This document shows positions 25,748 through 26,762 of a stretch of DNA of 26,762 nt, in pieces. The position numbers and the translations under genes are program-made. The notes below the pieces were generated by a model. That model was not told the origin of the DNA. It worked only from the letters and a program-made list of their open reading frames with translations, and ran no database searches. The stretch covers positions 1 through 26,762 of the forward strand of contig CBDUYR010000038.1 of assembly GCA_965371515.1 (NCBI GenBank), in the 5' to 3' direction. The DNA is from an uncultured bacterium (GTDB lineage Bacteria; Krumholzibacteriota; Krumholzibacteriia; Krumholzibacteriales; Krumholzibacteriaceae). Each line of letters starts with the position of its first letter. The first letter of the stretch is position 1.

Positions 25748-26626
25748 ATGACGATGAGGGAAGCGCTGTTGAAGATGCTGGAGAAATACGACTGTGGCTC
25801 TTCCAATGAATATTCGCGTGCGTTAAGGGAGATTTTGCAGGAGATCGTCCTGCTGGGACTCTGGAGAAGCAGGTTCTTCGAACACGCGGCTTTTTACGGG
25901 GGCACCGCGCTGCGGATCCTCTACGGGCTGGACAGGTTTTCCGAGGATCTCGATTTTTCTCTGCTGACTTCGAACAGCGGATTCGAACTGGGAAGGTATG
26001 GAGAGTCGCTCGAAAAAGAGCTCGAGGCATTCGGGTTTAACGTCCAATGGGAAGAGAGATCAAAAGCAGTCGATACGAGTATCCAGTCGGCGTTTCTGAA
26101 GGCGAATACTTATGAGCAATTGCTTGTTATCACCCGCGATGAGGATATCACTGGCGGGATTCATCCGGGGCGCATCACCAAGATCAAGGTAGAGGTCGAT
26201 ACCGATCCGCCGACTGGCTTTTCGACCGAGTCAAAGTACCTTCTTCTGCCGATTCCGTTCTATGTACGGACCTACACTCTTTCCGATCTTTTTGCGGGGA
26301 AGATGCATGCCATCATCTGCAGGAAGTGGAAAACCAGAGTCAAGGGACGCGACTGGTACGATCTTGTCTGGTACGCGGCGAATCATCCAGAGTTGAATCT
26401 TGCTCACCTCGAGCAGCGCATGCGCCAGAGCGGGCACTGGAAGGGTCCTTCGCCGATCACAGAAGAAGATTTCAGGGGAATCCTAGCCGGCACGATCGAT
26501 GATCTCGACGTTGAGAGCGCGAGGAAAGAGGTCGAGCCTTTCGTTAGAGATCCTTTGGCGATATCGATCTGGTCTAAAGATTTCTTCCGCGATGTCGCGG
26601 GTAGGATCGTTCTGGTCCTAAGGTAG
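25748..26626 (+). CDS. Type IV toxin, AbiEii/AbiGii-family nucleotidyltransferase
   Basis: FYGGTALRI.YGLDRFSEDLDF, K.KVEVD, LFAGKMHA, KGRDWYD; start at 25748 or 25754. Confidence 0.9.
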   Translation: MTMREALLKMLEKYDCGSSNEYSRALREILQEIVLLGLWRSRFFEHAAFYGGTALRILYGLDRFSEDLDFSLLTSNSGFELGRYGESLEKELEAFGFNVQWEERSKAVDTSIQSAFLKANTYEQLLVITRDEDITGGIHPGRITKIKVEVDTDPPTGFSTESKYLLLPIPFYVRTYTLSDLFAGKMHAIICRKWKTRVKGRDWYDLVWYAANHPELNLAHLEQRMRQSGHWKGPSPITEEDFRGILAGTIDDLDVESARKEVEPFVRDPLAISIWSKDFFRDVAGRIVLVLR

Positions 26627-26762
26627 ACTGTGCCCGCAGATCGTTGATCATTTTTCTGAGCGTGTGGCCCTGGTAACAGGCCATTACGATAAATGTCGCA
26701 TTGTCTTCTGTCTCGTCTATTTCGTGGATAACACCGATAGCGGAGTGGTTCAGAGCCGAGGC

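Noticed and set aside
1..26762. CRISPR arrays, tRNA/rRNA genes, sigma54 (-24/-12) promoters
   Set aside because: No regularly spaced repeats, cloverleaf or rRNA-like segments, or TGGCAC-N5-TTGC match found by eye in the intergenic regions; a covariance-model scan would be needed to exclude small ncRNAs

Overview
GC-rich bacterial chromosomal window, probably from an anaerobe. Left to right it carries: (1) a lipoprotein M3 peptidase (Dcp-like), a small membrane ORF and a decayed IS3-family remnant; (2) a ~13 kb minus-strand redox cluster made of a REC-(Lrp/AsnC ligand domain)x2 regulator, a three-subunit Bfu/HydABC-type complex whose large subunit has a GltD-like NADPH module and a catalytically empty molybdopterin-fold, a PAS histidine kinase, an NtrC-like regulator that has lost its sigma54/ATPase motifs, and a canonical NfnAB pair; (3) a lipoprotein serpin; (4) an SOS mutagenesis cassette, lexA - 72-aa S24/UmuD'-like mini-protein - degenerate dinB/imuB-like - [antisense 4-His membrane gene] - dnaE2, with no imuA; (5) class I fructose-1,6-bisphosphatase; (6) an AbiEi/AbiEii type IV toxin-antitoxin pair. 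The best novelty candidates are the imuA-less mutasome with a UmuD'-like mini subunit, and the tandem of two unrelated putative NADPH electron-bifurcating enzymes with an ATPase-dead enhancer-binding protein. No rRNA, tRNA or CRISPR array was seen. All calls come from motif recognition by eye, with no database searches.
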